Shown here piece after piece: positions 60,301 through 64,000 of a stretch of 64,000 nt of DNA (the stretch's first letter is position 1; the number at the start of each line of letters is the position of its first letter). Origin of the DNA: Scyliorhinus canicula (lineage: Eukaryota); NCBI RefSeq assembly GCF_902713615.1, contig NW_024055441.1, positions 372,001 through 436,000 on the forward strand, in the 5' to 3' direction. The notes under the pieces were generated by a model that saw only the letters and a list, made by a program, of their open reading frames with translations, was not told where the DNA came from and did no database searches. Position numbers and translations under genes: made by a program.

Positions 60301-61559
60301 CTTTACTTTTTTTTCTTCATCTACTTCTCGTTGGGAAGTCTTAAAATCATTTGTCACTCGGACTGTGAAAAGACAGTGTGACACAAGATGGAGTTCCAGC
60401 CATGATGCTGTGCAAGTAATCCACGAAGAGTGTGACAACGTTATTGCAAGCCTTCAACACCTGCTGGAAGGAGAATTTTCAAGGGAAACTAAATCTGATG
60501 CAGGATCGCTACTTAACTCTATTCAACAGTTCCCGTTTATAGCTTTATTAAATTTTTGGTACTCAGTTTTATCATCAGTGGAGAAAGTCTCAAAACGTTT
60601 GCAGGATCCGAAAATGGGGTTCCATGAAGCTTCTTGTGATCTGAGAGGACTTATTCATATCTTGAATTTGAAGAATGACGAAATTATCCACAATCCAATA
60701 GATTTAGCCAATGAATATTGTGAAAATTGGGGAATACCAATTGCACGAACAAGGAGAAGAAGAAGAATGCCTGGAGAGTCAGCAAGAGATAGTGGACTGA
60801 CGGCACAAGAAGAAATGAATAGAGTAATGGTAGAGATTGTGAACAGATTAAAAACTGAAATTGAAGACCGCAGTGTCCGTCTTCAAAGACTCAGTGACCG
60901 ATTTTCTTTTCTTCTGAACTTGAATTCAGTAGTGATTGAAGATGAACAAGAAAGAGAGAAATGAAAAAAGGAATGTTCAGACTTTGCAAATTATTATGAC
61001 AATGATGTGGTTGCAATTCAGTTATATGACGAAATTATTGATTTTGTGATGCTCCTTCGAGCTGGAGGGAATAGAGTTCCCCCTGATCCTAAAGATGCTC
61101 TGGAGTCTTTACTGCAGTATGGGAGGGATGTCTTTCCGACGCTGTGTGTTTCATACAGATTACTGCTTACAATTGCATTTTCAGTTGCAAGCTGTGAAAG
61201 GTCATTTTCAAAACTGAAATTAATAAAAACATATCTGAGGTCTTCTATGTCACAGGAGCGACTGACCAACCTGGCTTTAATAAGCATTGAAAAAGAATTT
61301 CTCACAGCTGATGTAAAAAAGTGAAGTAGTTCAGGTGTTTTGTGACAGGAGGTATCATTTGGGGAAAAGAACTTAATAAATTTGATTGATTAATATTAAA
61401 ATCGAATAAAGCGTTTATTTCATGTTTCATCTGTGTTTATATATTCAAAATGTTTTCCTTTCTCATAATATTTCTCAGTATATTAGGCCTTATACTTGAG
61501 TCTTTGGGGCATATAATCAAGATTGGCCCCGGGCATCACGAGACCTCTGCACGCCGCTG
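57317..61559 (+). mobile_element. Full-length hAT DNA transposon
   Basis: Perfect 16-bp TIRs cagcggcgtgcagagg / cctctgcacgccgctg; 8-bp TSD gagggcta at 57309-57316 and 61560-61567. Confidence 0.95.
57551..61376 (+). pseudogene. hAT transposase (ZMYM1-like/Tip100 type) with two lesions
   Basis: LAYRGH, MLDSTPD, GQAYDNA, CENHSLNL, CDTRW and SCERSFSKLKLIKTYLRS motifs; in-frame TGA at 60962 and a probable A-run frameshift at ~61320. Confidence 0.88.
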
Positions 61560-62299
61560 GAGGGCTAGTTTACAAGAGCAGGGATGTAACTGTTGAGGCT
61601 CTATAAGGCTCCGGTCAGACCCCATTTGGAATATTGTGAGCCGTTCTGGTCGGCTTATCTAAGAAACGATGTGCTGGCCTTGGAGAAGCTCCAGAGGAGA
61701 TTCACGAGACTGATCCTCGGAATGACGGACTGGTCATATGAGGAGCGGTTGAGGACTCTGGGCCTGTATTGGGTAGAGTTTAGAAGGATGAGGTGCTGTG
61801 AGGGGAGTGGTGCGCGGGGCGGGGCGGGGGTGGGGTCACATTGAAAGTTACAGAATAGCGAGAGGCCTAGTAGGTGAAACTAGAACCCGAGGGCACAGCC
61901 TCAGATTTAAGGGACGATCCTTCAAAACTGAGAAGAGGAGCAATTTATTCAGCCAGAGGGTCTTGAATCTGTGGAACTCAGTCCCGCAGCAGGCTGTGGA
62001 GGCCAAATCACTGAGTGCCTTTAAGATGGAGATAGACAGGCTCTTGATTAATAAGGGGACCTGGGATTATGGGGAGAAGGCAGGAGAATGGGGATTAGAA
62101 CCATAACAGTCATGATTGAATACGGAGCAGACTGGATGGACTGAAAGGCCGGGTTCTGCTCCCATGTTTTATGATTTTATGGCAGGAAGACCATTTTTGG
62201 GCGATCTTAGAATAGATAGGTGCTTGATTGCCATCGCAGAGATGATGGGTGGAAGGGCATCTTTATTTCCTGTAAAACTCTCAGACTCCACGACTCTAT

Positions 62300-62570
62300 G
62301 ACAGGGTCAAAAACAATAATCACTAATACGGGGTGTAGATTAACCTAAATTGAGATTGAATCTCGTGCAGTGATTACTGATACAGGGTCCAGATTACCAT
62401 AAACTGAGACAGGTTCTACTGCAGCGATTACTGATACAAAGATTGATTAAACTTAAATGAGACAGGATCTAAAGCAATGATTATTGATACAGTATCTAGA
62501 ATATTATAAACTGAGGCAAGGTCTATTGCAGTCATTCCTGGTCAGGGTCTGGATTAAACATGTGTAAAGA
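62300..62570. repeat. Degenerate tandem repeat; related arrays at ~49600-49870
   Basis: Recurring gagacagg-tcta-tgcag-gattactgatacagggtc units. Confidence 0.6.
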
Positions 62571-63425
62571 GTTATTAAGGCAGATTATCAAAAACGTGGT
62601 TGACGAGGCATGTTATGGGATGATTTTAATAAGGGAATTGAGGTAAAGAGGAGTAGGGAATGAATGCTAGAGTTTAGGACTGAAGCATATGAAGACATCG
62701 TAAAGTGAACCAAATAATTCTGAAGATAACAATACGTCTTGATCGATTGGAGTTGCAAAAATTAAGAAAAATGTTTCATATACACACCTACACTAACAAC
62801 CAATACGTTTGTGCAGCGATTTTCGCTGTTCTTCTTAACCAGATGAGTGTTGTATCATTGGGTGGACATTTCTCCGATGGGTGCCCACCATTAGCATCGT
62901 GGCGATACTGTGAAAACACGGTTCTGTCTAACTCTGCCAGTGCATCAGGTGATTGGTTAATATAAATCGAGAGACAACAGGAACATGGTCCGGTGTAATA
63001 TCAACAGATACAGGCCCTGGTGAGATGTAAAGATACAAATTCCTGTGGAATATAGAAGAGGCGGAACTTAATGTAATATAATCCCATGCATGTTCTTGCA
63101 GCACAAACAGAACAGTGGAGTATAGATTAGTGTCTTCTGATTTCTGACCCTCCTGCCAGTGAATCAAGTTTCTTCCTAATTAATCAAACAAAACCCTTCA
63201 TAATTGTGACCATTTTTACCACACCTCCCAAAAACTGCTGGGTTCTAAGGAAAACAATCCCGGCTTCCAACCGCTCTGACCGTGCAGCTCATGCAGTGGG
63301 AAGGCCCAGTTCTATATATTTTTCTGCCTTGCTTGTGTTCAGATGCTATTTTTGTAATTACTGACATTTTATATGGAGCCAGTGGAATTCCCATTCACCA
63401 ATACCATCGTGTCCGAATTAGACAC

Positions 63426-63620
63426 AAGACGGTAGTGCAGTGGTTAGCACTGCTGTCTCACGGCTCTCGGTCTCTCTCCGCGTGGAGTTTGCACATTCTC
63501 CCCGTCTGTGCGTGGGTTTCACCCCCAAAACCCAAAGATGTGCAGCATACGTGGATTGATTGCGCAAAATTGCCCCTTGATTTGGAAAAAAATTAATTGG
63601 GTACTCTAAATTTATAATAA
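63426..63620 (+). mobile_element. HE1-type SINE (short form)
   Basis: cggtagtgcagtggttagcactgctg...gtggagtttgcacattctcccc...ctctaaattt. Confidence 0.82.
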
Positions 63621-64000
63621 GACACAATACTAAGAAAAGACTAGCCTCTGAAAATTAAATTGACCCATGTAAGGCTGGACCCAGAATTAGAACTTTAGAT
63701 ACACTGAGCAATATTTCAGAATGTAATGTCGACATGCAAACCATGATAGGTTAACAGTCTTGTCTCAGTGGAATCAATATCACTTCTCACAACAGATACC
63801 TGAGCCCATGATCCAGACCTGTGATCCAATGCAGGAGTATTTTATGTTTCAGTTGCTCCATCTTTTACATGTGATGATATTACAGTCTTCGGGCTGCTTC
63901 GAAATATTATTACTGGACTGGTAATCCGGGGGTCTGAACTATTACTCCAGAGACTCGAGTACAAATTCCACCAGGGCATATTGCAATGATGTGAGCAGTT

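Larger units (their letters stand above)
54640..62130 (+). mobile_element. CR1 LINE split by three later insertions
   Basis: Endonuclease relic at ~54680-54830; PWLSREVKDSIK at ~56590; RLQKDL..L.EWA at ~56815; RLYKA.VRPHLEYC at ~61595. Confidence 0.8.

Overview
Cartilaginous-fish genomic DNA, probably a catshark (inferred from HE1-type SINEs, HER1/CR1 LINEs, Penelope elements and shark-like TCR V genes), from a T-cell receptor alpha/delta V array. Six V segments carry 23-bp-spacer RSSs in mixed orientation: 3 look intact and 3 are pseudogenes. They are interleaved with two duplicated tRNA islands (Val, Arg, and tRNA-Pro genes that carry introns). A young 9.3-kb foamy-like endogenous retrovirus sits in the first island, with near-identical LTRs, a 4-bp TSD, a Lys1,2-like PBS, open gag and pol, and no env. 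The right half is mostly transposon debris: L1, CR1/L2, Penelope, SINEs, a minisatellite and a full-length hAT. The best leads are (i) a retroviral pol that has no start codon of its own and appears to borrow the Gag ATG through a 58-nt micro-exon, (ii) canonical-position introns in tRNA-Pro genes, and (iii) an 11-copy hairpin repeat/spacer array directly after the PBS. All alignments and counts were done by eye; no database searches were run.
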